Numbered from the stretch's first letter, positions 18,131 through 26,044 are shown. The stretch: 26,044 bases of DNA from Candidatus Zixiibacteriota bacterium (GCA_040235515.1 JBECKX010000085.1:1-26044), one strand, 5' to 3'. The notes: generated by a model not told the origin, from the letters alone. A program made the numbers and translations.

Positions 18131-20038
18131 TCACTGGAGTTTGCGTAGAACCAGTTTCGGATCCAGGATGGTCCGGCAACTGTCAAGAAACTGGCTGAAG
18201 GCCTCAAACTCCGAAGTATCTATCTGGTAGTGATCAATGAATCTGGTGCGCACCATTGAAATTGTGGAGTCGTGGGCAGCGAATGAGATATCACCTCCAC
18301 CGAAAGCGCCCACGTAGGATCGCGACTCGGGAAGATCGCCGGCAACATATCCACTCGGAAGGTGGATCGTGCAGGTATCAAGGTATGTGCGAGGATAGGC
18401 GAGGTGGAGTGGATAGCGCCGTTCCCTGAGATCCGTAGTCTCGGCGGGGGAGAAGATGGGAATCAGGGAGAGGTCAACATAGAGTTTTCCCGGGATCGCC
18501 ACGGACTGCTGCCTATCGCCGCCATGGAATGCAAAGCTAAACTCTGAGAGCCCCGGAGATGCGGGAGGTTGGTCGACGCCCGTCAAGGTTACATCATCCT
18601 CTATGAGTCCATAGCTCTTCAGCACGCCAAACATTTCCTCCTTGTCCAAACCAGGCATCCCGGCCCGGAGTCGATGACCCAGGTTCCCGGTGCAGGTTAG
18701 CTCTAACGAGAATTCGCCTGCCGATCCAACTGTTGGGTAGATGTGAGTGTTTCGAACAGCAAGGTTCTGATCGGCGGTGCTCAGCGGGGTGCGCACAAGG
18801 TCACCATTAACGGGATCAACAACGAGAGCGTAGGTGTCCTCATCGACCCACGGAAGATCCCCCGGCAGGCAATCGAAACAGGTTGGATCGATCCAGGTGG
18901 TATCATTCCCATCTATGCATGTCAAGATAACGTGATTGAATCCAAGCTTCGGGTAGTCAGCTGCAACCATGCCTTGATCGCGCGTCAGGATCAGTGCGGG
19001 TCTTGCATCAACATTCGTCCCGGTCAGCATGGCGGCATACATCGTTGAAAGATCTTTGCAGTCGCCATATTGTTTTGCGAACGTCTCGCTCGCGGGACGC
19101 GGCAACCAGCCGCTCAAACCGATCTCGACCGCAATGTAGCGACTACGGGAAGAAAGCGTGTCATGCAGGTCTGCGACGAGTTGCTGAGGTGGCAGATTCC
19201 GTGACTTCAGGGTATTGATGATCGCAAGCTGCGAGCTGGACAGGTCGTAGCAACTGGCGAACATTTCTGCGTGTCCGGCGGCGAGCGTCCGCCACGTTGA
19301 AGCATCGAATTCGAAGCGCTCCAATTCGAAGCTCGTCGGTGCAAACTCTATTGAATTCTTGAAAAGCGAAGGCGGTGGCATAAACGGCTCCGATTCGAAC
19401 GCAGGTGCGTTTTCAACACTCCATTTCCACATACTTCGCTTCTCTGCGATCAAAGAATCGGGCGGGGAGAACTCACCGTGGCTGAGGACGGTGAATCTGT
19501 AATCGTTCGGTGTAGATAACGTGTAGACGCCTCTCACCAGCGGAATCTCACGCTGTGCATGAAAATCAGGCAGAAATGCCGTGAAGTCCTTTGCCACCTT
19601 GTAGGCTACTTCAGTCTCAACCACTACCGGATATGACTTAACTTCAATTCGCTTGAAGTAGTGGCAGATATCGCTGTAGAGTATGAACGACTCACCGAAA
19701 CCGCATTGCCTGGAAAGGTCGCCTTGCTTCCACTTGTGGAGTTCCTTGCCTTCAGCGTCATAAAGGTGGGCATGGAATTCTTTGATTTCTACGTACTGAT
19801 CCTCGAAAATTGCGATCGTCGCTTCGTCGACATCATCCTCGTCGGCGACGAAGATTCTGGTAAGACGACGCCAGGTGGCCGAGCCGTCAGCGGCGATTTC
19901 ATACCCGGTGCTGTCGTACTCCACCACGCTCTCATCAACCAGGAGAGAATCGAGCAATGTTGCGCCGGCGACATGACTGCAAGCCAAGATGGAGGCAGTC
20001 GCCGCAGCGACAATGGTCCGGCTCAGTAGCTCGCGCAC
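18131..20038 (-). CDS. DUF3857 plus transglutaminase-like domain protein, catalytic triad intact
   Basis: Signal peptide; RYIAVEIG..GWLPRPA..T..YGDCKDLS, FNHVI, WIDPT; GTG start 6 nt after the upstream paralog's stop. Confidence 0.9.
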   Translation of the reverse strand: MRELLSRTIVAAATASILACSHVAGATLLDSLLVDESVVEYDSTGYEIAADGSATWRRLTRIFVADEDDVDEATIAIFEDQYVEIKEFHAHLYDAEGKELHKWKQGDLSRQCGFGESFILYSDICHYFKRIEVKSYPVVVETEVAYKVAKDFTAFLPDFHAQREIPLVRGVYTLSTPNDYRFTVLSHGEFSPPDSLIAEKRSMWKWSVENAPAFESEPFMPPPSLFKNSIEFAPTSFELERFEFDASTWRTLAAGHAEMFASCYDLSSSQLAIINTLKSRNLPPQQLVADLHDTLSSRSRYIAVEIGLSGWLPRPASETFAKQYGDCKDLSTMYAAMLTGTNVDARPALILTRDQGMVAADYPKLGFNHVILTCIDGNDTTWIDPTCFDCLPGDLPWVDEDTYALVVDPVNGDLVRTPLSTADQNLAVRNTHIYPTVGSAGEFSLELTCTGNLGHRLRAGMPGLDKEEMFGVLKSYGLIEDDVTLTGVDQPPASPGLSEFSFAFHGGDRQQSVAIPGKLYVDLSLIPIFSPAETTDLRERRYPLHLAYPRTYLDTCTIHLPSGYVAGDLPESRSYVGAFGGGDISFAAHDSTISMVRTRFIDHYQIDTSEFEAFSQFLDSCRTILDPKLVLRKLQ

Positions 20039-20044
20039 CGGCAG

Positions 20045-22042
20045 CTACTCCGCACTTGTGGAGCCAACATACTCTGCCGCAGATCGTTCGAGCCCGGCCT
20101 GAGCGACCTTCTCGAATGTCTCCCGCAGGGTAGGGTACTCCCCGACGCCGAAGAACTCCTTGCCGACTATCAGTTGCGATACCGTGCGCATGCTGCTACC
20201 ACCGCCAAAGGTTGACCTGTTAAACTGTATACCGTTCACATTTTCGCGTACCTGTTCCGGCAGGGTGACGATCTTGAGGCCATCGCCCACTGTTACGTCG
20301 GTGGTAGTATAGGAGGAAAACTTGAATCTGAAATCTACCGGATACATTCGCTCAGACTTCTTGAATGGATTCTCACGGGGAGCAAACAGCAGCGGTTCAA
20401 AGATGGCGTTGTCTTCAATCCTCTCGCAGAATTGAGGCAGATCGAGCACCAGGTCGATTGTCACACTGTCGTCAACACTGTAGTCGTTCAGGGTTGCCAT
20501 GTTGAGATCGAACTTGAGGTTCTCCGCATTCTCCAACAAGACATCCCTGATTGATTCTTCATCGATCTCACCGTCAAGCAATTCCCGATAGGTTGACAGG
20601 AGGTGTCCGCAAACAGTGACGTGCGTGCTGCAAACGGCTGCACCGCTGTCGTCGATTCTGAGTCGGGCATTCGCTGAAATCGAAGTCTTCCGATCCGGAT
20701 GGGTCAACTGAGCGATCTGAGAGTTTTCGCCATCGATGATTAAGCCGCCTGCGGCCATGCATTCCGGAGGCAGAAAGGCAAACGCCGCATACTTATCCTG
20801 TGTGTCGAGGAAATAATACTGGTCTTCAACTGACACCAGGCAGAGCACATGATTAAACTGTCCTGTGTGAATGATGTTAGGGCTGAACATGCAGTGATCG
20901 CGAGTACCGATCAGCAGCGGTAGAGCGCTGAACCCTGCAGCCTTCATCATCTCGACAAGCAGCAGATTCTTGCCGCTGGGGGTGCCGACCCGTTCCTCGA
21001 GCAGGTCTTTTGTCCCCGTAATATCAAAATAGTAATAGTCGGATTCCTCGGATGTCTTGAAGTTATCGCGAACGAAGCGGTAGAGGTACTTCGCCGAATC
21101 GAGGCTGCTTCCTCCTGCAAATTGAGCCAGTGCTTCTTCAGCAGCATCTTCGATATCACCACGGTTGTCGATGTTCCGCTCCAGGTAGTCCTCAAATGTC
21201 TCGCCGATTTTTGCCCAATCCCGATCGAACTTCAGCACATTGTAACGGTCTGCAAACTTGGTCAACTGAAAGTTAAGTTCGGGGCTGTAGTCCCTGACGG
21301 CAGGTCGAAACGGTTCCCGCTTGGTGGGGCGGAGGTCATGAAGAACCCAGGTGTACTTCGGGCATTTCTCCCCCCAGATATACTCTGTGTCTACGATCGG
21401 TTCCTCGTTTTCAAGGGGCACGTTGCGACGAACAACGAAATACTCGAAGCCATTGTGGATGATTACCGAAAACGAGGATTCCTTCGTGTACAAGTCATTC
21501 TGAAAGTACCATGGTGTCAGGTTCAGGAAGCGTTCGTGACGAATCTCGTATTTGTATTCGACGAAGCATCCTGCTTCGACAGCCGGGAAGGTGAATGTCA
21601 GTATCTTGTAGTCATCGAGACTCTGCTCATGAATGTCGTCACCCTTGACCTCAATCTTTCTCGTTCCATCCGCGGAAATGGTCTGCGCTTTCAAATCGCG
21701 AATCTTCTCACCATCGGCCAGATAGATTTTCACGTTGATGGCATCATCAGCGCCGGAAACGTTGAACACCTTGCAGCGCCGATGAAACTTGAAGTGAATC
21801 TTGTTGGATCCGTACGGTTGAGGAATCTCGACTGATCCCGTTTCGAACAGGACCGCCGCGCCTTCCTCCGCATAGTACTCGGGGAGTGTGTAAGCCATCT
21901 CAGCCTCAGTGACTTCTCCGAATTCTCGCTTATCCTCGGCAAAGGCGCTGACTGTGAGCGCGAGGAAGCAGGCGAACCAAAACCTCATCCAATGCTTAGG
22001 CCAATGCTTTGGCCAATTCTTTGCAATAGTGCTGCATCTCAT
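20045..22042 (-). CDS. DUF3857 plus transglutaminase-like domain protein, catalytic Cys absent
   Basis: FGEVT..EM, FTFPAVEAGCFVEYKY, PWYFQ, GTPSGKN in place of GDCKD, FNHVL, FLDT, NPFK..ER.YPVDF; start uncertain (22042 or 21988). Confidence 0.88.
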   Translation of the reverse strand: MRCSTIAKNWPKHWPKHWMRFWFACFLALTVSAFAEDKREFGEVTEAEMAYTLPEYYAEEGAAVLFETGSVEIPQPYGSNKIHFKFHRRCKVFNVSGADDAINVKIYLADGEKIRDLKAQTISADGTRKIEVKGDDIHEQSLDDYKILTFTFPAVEAGCFVEYKYEIRHERFLNLTPWYFQNDLYTKESSFSVIIHNGFEYFVVRRNVPLENEEPIVDTEYIWGEKCPKYTWVLHDLRPTKREPFRPAVRDYSPELNFQLTKFADRYNVLKFDRDWAKIGETFEDYLERNIDNRGDIEDAAEEALAQFAGGSSLDSAKYLYRFVRDNFKTSEESDYYYFDITGTKDLLEERVGTPSGKNLLLVEMMKAAGFSALPLLIGTRDHCMFSPNIIHTGQFNHVLCLVSVEDQYYFLDTQDKYAAFAFLPPECMAAGGLIIDGENSQIAQLTHPDRKTSISANARLRIDDSGAAVCSTHVTVCGHLLSTYRELLDGEIDEESIRDVLLENAENLKFDLNMATLNDYSVDDSVTIDLVLDLPQFCERIEDNAIFEPLLFAPRENPFKKSERMYPVDFRFKFSSYTTTDVTVGDGLKIVTLPEQVRENVNGIQFNRSTFGGGSSMRTVSQLIVGKEFFGVGEYPTLRETFEKVAQAGLERSAAEYVGSTSAE
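21989..22024. repeat. Three imperfect 12-bp tandem repeats
   Basis: CCAATGCTTAGG / CCAATGCTTTGG / CCAATTCTTTGC; encodes AKNW-PKHW-PKHW on the minus strand. Confidence 0.8.
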
Positions 22043-22335
22043 TGTTTCCAATCCCTTTCCTTAGTGCCGTTGTTTGCGAAGCCGAATAGCTCGGAATGCG
22101 GCGATTTATTGATATTCTGATCTGATCCAGTTGCACGGAATGAGACAACCCGGGTTACTTCTGCGCGGGGCCGTTGGGAGTCGGCTTGCGCTCGCGCTCG
22201 CTTGAGTAGTTCCACAAATCTTTCCCCCCAACCGCGCCATTAGATATCTCTTAGCAATAGTTGCTAATCAATTCTATGTTGTCAACTATTAATTTGGCAT
22301 CAAATGTCAATATTGCTGACAGGGATTGACAACCA

Positions 22336-22372
22336 AAGCAAGAAACCCGTTGGGAGCAGGTCCCAACGGGTT
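22336..22372 (-). terminator. Intrinsic terminator after the AsnRS-like gene
   Basis: 12-bp perfect stem AACCCGTTGGGA/TCCCAACGGGTT followed by TCTTGCTT. Confidence 0.75.
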
Positions 22373-22404
22373 CGGTATGTGTAAGTCTCAAGCGAATAGG
22401 TTGG

Positions 22405-23418
22405 TTACGGAACGAGATACTCCGGCGAGCGGGGGAGTTCGACAGCGAGTTTGATGCTGTTGATGCGGTTTGTCGGGCTTTGTTCCTCGCGCGCAGCGAG
22501 CACCGACTGGACGACACGCTCAAAACCGATGCCGCAACCGGCGGACTGACCTTCACCTTTACTCAAGACGTCGAAGTACCAACTGAACTGCTCCGGATCG
22601 ACGCCGCGATCGATCAGGTGGTCATACATGTATGACTCCTCGAACTGCTTCTTGCAGACCGCCGCGTCACCTTCACGTACAGCGCCGCCGACCGACTCGC
22701 CGACGTGAGGCAGCAGCAGATCACAGCAGATCGTCTCATCACCATCACGCTTCATCGAGAAGAACTTGATCACACCACCCTCGCGCGGTTTCGGGTCGGC
22801 CGGATAGTGGGTCACGAAGGTGGGACGGCCGTGCAGGTACTCGCAGATCGCGAGTTCCTCGGCGCTACCGAGGTCGTCGCCATACTCAACGTCGTGACAG
22901 TGTTGTTGCAGGGTGGTAATGACATCCGCATACTTGATGCGATTGAAGGGTTGGTTGATATACTCGGCGAGGCGAGTGCTGGGGACGACAGTCACCGCGG
23001 CGCGGTACATCGACTTGATGATGCCCTCGACATTGTCCATCAATCCATCGAGTTCAAAGTCACGGCCTTCGAACTCAATCAGAGTGAACTCACACAGGTG
23101 CCGATCGGTGACCTTGCGCTCCTGGCGGAAGGATGGACCGATCGTGAAGACGCGATTGTGAACGTGCGTGAATGCTTCAAGGTAGAGTTGACCGGTCTGC
23201 CGCAGGAACATCTGCTGCTCTTCGCCGCCCGGCTCGTACATCGTTACCGACATCGCGTTCGGAAACCATTCGCATGAGCCGGTGGCACCGGTGATATGGG
23301 GAACGCAGATCTCCATGAACTCGTTCTCTCCGAACCACTCGCGGGCTGCCTTGAGCATCTTCGAACGAAGCAGAGTTGTTTGCAGAAACCGACCTTCCAG
23401 GACCTCAAAGTGACGCAT
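22405..23418 (-). CDS. AsnRS/AspRS-like class IIb catalytic domain without anticodon-binding domain; probable asparagine synthetase A, archaeal type
   Basis: Motif 1 (AREWF..F.EI..P.IT), FLRQTGQLYLE, motif 2 GPSFRQE..RHLCEF, DLLLP.VGESVGGAVRE, WY, motif 3 GCGIGFER; 337 aa, no N-terminal OB fold; RBS GGAGG at 23427-23431. Confidence 0.85.
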   Translation of the reverse strand: MRHFEVLEGRFLQTTLLRSKMLKAAREWFGENEFMEICVPHITGATGSCEWFPNAMSVTMYEPGGEEQQMFLRQTGQLYLEAFTHVHNRVFTIGPSFRQERKVTDRHLCEFTLIEFEGRDFELDGLMDNVEGIIKSMYRAAVTVVPSTRLAEYINQPFNRIKYADVITTLQQHCHDVEYGDDLGSAEELAICEYLHGRPTFVTHYPADPKPREGGVIKFFSMKRDGDETICCDLLLPHVGESVGGAVREGDAAVCKKQFEESYMYDHLIDRGVDPEQFSWYFDVLSKGEGQSAGCGIGFERVVQSVLAAREEQSPTNRINSIKLAVELPRSPEYLVP

Positions 23419-23478
23419 CAGCGTGACCTCCATTGATTGGTAGTTAGATGGGTAGTTATCGCCTTGAGTAACAGGCAT

Positions 23479-23510
23479 AAAAAAACGCCACCCGGAAAAT
23501 CCGGATGGCG
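23479..23510 (-). terminator. Leader (attenuator) terminator about 60 nt upstream of the AsnRS-like start codon
   Basis: CGCCATCCGGA-TTT-TCCGGGTGGCG followed by T7. Confidence 0.88.
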
Positions 23511-23687
23511 ACGACTTTCAAATACAATAGCCGCAGCAAGAAAGAATGCTCCTGCGAGATCAGTCTTGTACAAGACCAACCTCCGGCGCGTACGACCTTA
23601 TGCTCAGAATCGTTTTCAAACCTGCTGCACTCTCACCTGTCGCGCCAGCTCCAGCCGCGGCACGACTTTATACTCCCTGAACTGCAT
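23479..23687 (-). promoter_or_regulatory. T-box-like leader / transcription attenuator
   Basis: Stem I-like 23687-23600 with AGUA/GAA loop-E halves, apical GGUGAGA and AAC after GAA; two further hairpins; terminator; canonical UGGNACC absent. Confidence 0.55.
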
Positions 23688-23882
23688 TTCCCCCTGATTC
23701 GCTGTATGAATGTCCTTAAAGCTACATGGATAGAAATTCTTGACGTTTAGTCAAGATAAAATTTCTCGCGGATCAAAAAAGTGTTGGTGCAGGTGGCTGG
23801 AGCGGGTCTGCGGCGACGGCGCAAGGAGGGTGGGATCGGCTGGAGTGGCATTTAGTCCGGGGCTGTGACTGTCCTGTCGATT

Positions 23883-24152
23883 CTAACGGTGCCAGAGATA
23901 TTGCGCGGCATTGAGGACGACGCCGAAGTAAAACAGCATTCCGCCCCACCATGCCAGTCGGGCGCCACGCTGGCCGAAGCGACGGCGCAGGCTGCGGAAA
24001 CTACTGAAGAGGTGCGGAACCTCGTCATCAGAATCATGCAGATGGCGGTAGGCCAGCAGAGAGATTACCAATCCCCAGATGATTCCCATCCCGGCTACAA
24101 TCACGACCAGGTCATCTCGCAGCAACGACAGCAGATCAGCTATTTCAATCAT
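23883..24152 (-). CDS. Small membrane protein with two TM helices (89 aa)
   Basis: Strong RBS GGAAGGAGG; two hydrophobic segments separated by a basic loop. Confidence 0.65.
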   Translation of the reverse strand: MIEIADLLSLLRDDLVVIVAGMGIIWGLVISLLAYRHLHDSDDEVPHLFSSFRSLRRRFGQRGARLAWWGGMLFYFGVVLNAAQYLWHR

Positions 24153-24225
24153 CTCTGGCCTCCTTCCCGGCGATCAAAGCGCCGGCGAGGATATTAGCGC
24201 AAGATGGTTGCCAATCGCTGCGGCG

Positions 24226-24309
24226 CTAGCGGCGCGATCGGCCGAGGATAAAACCGATCACCAGACCCACGAAGAGTACCAACAGGATAAGGAGGAGTCG
24301 ACTGATCAT
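24226..24309 (-). CDS. 27-aa single-TM small protein MISRLLLILLVLFVGLVIGFILGRSRR
   Basis: Translated by hand (absent from the ORF track); long hydrophobic core with GxxxGxxxG and basic tail; promoter TTGACT-17-CAAATT 6 nt before the ATG. Confidence 0.65.
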   Translation of the reverse strand: MISRLLLILLVLFVGLVIGFILGRSRR

Positions 24310-24575
24310 GCAGCGAATTTGAACAGAGCGTAACTGAAAGTCAATCGGAATCGAGGGGGTCTCGCAGTGACCGCACGGGCGCATCTTTGCGCAAACGATT
24401 TCACCGTGACCGCGCGAGAATATGCAGATGAATTCAACTATCGTCGGGTTTACCGGCTGCCGAAATGGGTCTGAATTGTCGGCTGCAACCGAGAAATAAG
24501 GGAACCATTGGCTGGATAGTGGTTTATACCAACCGAATCAACTGCGGCATCAATTGAGTCCTTCACCCATTTAGC

Positions 24576-24590
24576 TGGCAGGAAAATTGC
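24576..24590 (+). promoter_or_regulatory. Candidate sigma54 (-24/-12) promoter upstream of porU
   Basis: TGGCAGGAAAATTGC, with exact GG-N10-GC spacing. Confidence 0.45.
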
Positions 24591-24887
24591 GCTGGTAGAC
24601 CCTGTTAGACTTGACAAAAATTACTCCTAATCGTTAATTCTTCGGTGGTTAAGCCCTTTAAGCACCAAGAAATGTAATTGGAACGAGGTTTTATCGACCG
24701 ATAGGTAATTGTAAACGGGCTGTTGCGGCAGCCGCGATGTTTACCCGAAACACCTGCACGACTTGCTTGCGCAGAATACTGCGATGAGTAAATTACTCGT
24801 CTCTCCGGTTCGAACGAATGGCAGACGAGAAAGCTGGCGAGTCTTCAAGGTGGTAATTCGAGGACAGATTTCCGGTCGACAAAACTG

Positions 24888-26044
24888 ATGTTTCGATTTA
24901 CAGTCGTATTCTATTCATTTCTCCCGCTCGTTCTAATACTTGCGCCACTTGCTGATCGCAGCCAGTTGATGGCGGCGTTGGTGGATGTTGAGCATTCCTC
25001 GCGTGCCGGAATCAATTTCACCGCACATCTGACCGGAGAGGATCATGCCTCTTCAGCGATCAACCAGAAGCGAGTCTCTTCCCGCTCAGCCTTCGGCGCA
25101 ACCGGAGTTGCCGCCGGCGTTGACGAGACTGCCGACTACGAGGTTTATTGCTTCGCCGTCCCACCCGGATTGCGAGCGGAGATTGGCAGTGTCCGGTTGA
25201 GAACGGCAGAGGGTGAATTACTACCCGACAACGCGGTTTCTCTTAGCCCTCCGATCGAGGTGCGGGGGCTCAGGCTGGCGAAGCTTGTCGTTCCGGTCAA
25301 AGTCGTGAGTGGCGCCCGGACTGCCAGCGTCGCCACGGTTTCGGCAGAGATTAGATTTACGGCGTCCGCTACGGCGGAAGCGCCCCCCATTCAGCGGCGC
25401 GGCAATGGCCGCCTCGATCAGATCATTCGCGCTCTGCTCCTGAATGAGGAACAGATTGATGAGTGGTTTCCGGCTGAGTTGGCAAAGCCCCTCCAGAGCG
25501 CGCAGAATCCATTCCCGAATTCCACGCAATGGTACAGGGTGACCACTGACGTGAGTGGTATCTACCAGATCACCGGCGCTGATTTGAATCAAGCCGGCGT
25601 GAACCTTGCCACACTCAACCCGGCGCAGTTCAGGTTGTTCTACGCCGGCGGAAAACCGCTACCGCTCGAAAACGACGCTCCACATGACTCACTTCGCGAA
25701 GTCGCGATACTGGTTCAGGATGGTGGTGACGGGCGGTTCGACTCGCAGGATAAGCTGCAGTTCTACGCCGATGGCGGTGATTTCTGGGATTATGCCCAAA
25801 AGGAGCCGGAGTACATCTTCAATCCATATAGTGAGCGGAATGTATACTACCTGGCGTTGTCAGGCAGCTTCAGCGGTCAACCCGCACGGATTCCCGTAGT
25901 AGCGGGTGGCGGCGTATCCACCCCCGACACAGCGACGCAATTCATTGACTATATCCACAGAGAAGAGAATCTTGATCTCTCTGAGAATTCATCCGGCGAT
26001 GTCTTCGACTACTATCACTGGTATTGGGGCTTGGCGGGAGATAA
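24888..26044 (+). CDS. porU: PorU-like type IX secretion sortase / C25 (gingipain-family) protein; runs off the window end
   Basis: Hand translation, open to the end: signal peptide MFRFTVVFYSFLPLVLILAP.., WYRVTTDVSGIYQITGADL..G, FRLFYAGGKPL, LREVAILVQDGGDGRFDSQDKLQFY, NPYSERNVYYL; catalytic domain lies outside the window. Confidence 0.75.
   Translation, partial: MFRFTVVFYSFLPLVLILAPLADRSQLMAALVDVEHSSRAGINFTAHLTGEDHASSAINQKRVSSRSAFGATGVAAGVDETADYEVYCFAVPPGLRAEIGSVRLRTAEGELLPDNAVSLSPPIEVRGLRLAKLVVPVKVVSGARTASVATVSAEIRFTASATAEAPPIQRRGNGRLDQIIRALLLNEEQIDEWFPAELAKPLQSAQNPFPNSTQWYRVTTDVSGIYQITGADLNQAGVNLATLNPAQFRLFYAGGKPLPLENDAPHDSLREVAILVQDGGDGRFDSQDKLQFYADGGDFWDYAQKEPEYIFNPYSERNVYYLALSGSFSGQPARIPVVAGGGVSTPDTATQFIDYIHREENLDLSENSSGDVFDYYHWYWGLAGD

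Noticed and set aside
22251..22267. CIRCE element
   Set aside because: Arms and spacer do not match TTAGCACTC-N9-GAGTGCTAA
16684..23605. Motif CGAC(0-2 nt)TATGCTC at ~16684, ~16890 and ~23593
   Set aside because: Short and gapped; the copies sit on opposite predicted RNA strands, so chance is plausible
23616..23687. Leader ORF MQFREYKVVPRLELARQVRVQQV as a classical attenuator peptide
   Set aside because: No Asn or Asp codons and SD spacing too short; it coincides with the Stem I-like structure. Not fully excluded.
23479..23700. Lysine riboswitch or canonical T-box call
   Set aside because: Only fragments match the lysine riboswitch (UUCA..GAGUA, GGAGC) without AGAGGUGC/GCCGAA; UGGNACC is absent, so it is not a canonical T-box

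Overview
Bacterial chromosomal window. It most resembles an FCB-group organism such as candidate division Zixibacteria (inferred from three dockerin-tailed secreted proteins, a DUF3857 pair and a PorU-like gene). A housekeeping block (eno-ftsB-recO-glyQS, polyprenyl synthase) is surrounded by exported and envelope genes: a membrane-anchored phage tail-collar protein, an SBBP beta-propeller-dockerin protein, tandem dockerin paralogs, a signal-peptide methyltransferase, a DUF1028 Ntn-hydrolase, an active/inactive transglutaminase pair and the 5' part of porU. Most notable: (1) an AsnRS-like catalytic domain with no anticodon-binding domain (asparagine synthetase A, archaeal type) behind a ~210-nt attenuator leader that has a T-box-like Stem I with AAC (Asn) in the specifier loop but no canonical UGGNACC antiterminator; (2) a ~700-nt, densely base-paired non-coding region at 16.25-16.95 kb; (3) several apparently leaderless genes, including an unannotated 27-aa membrane peptide. 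All calls are by eye; no searches were run.
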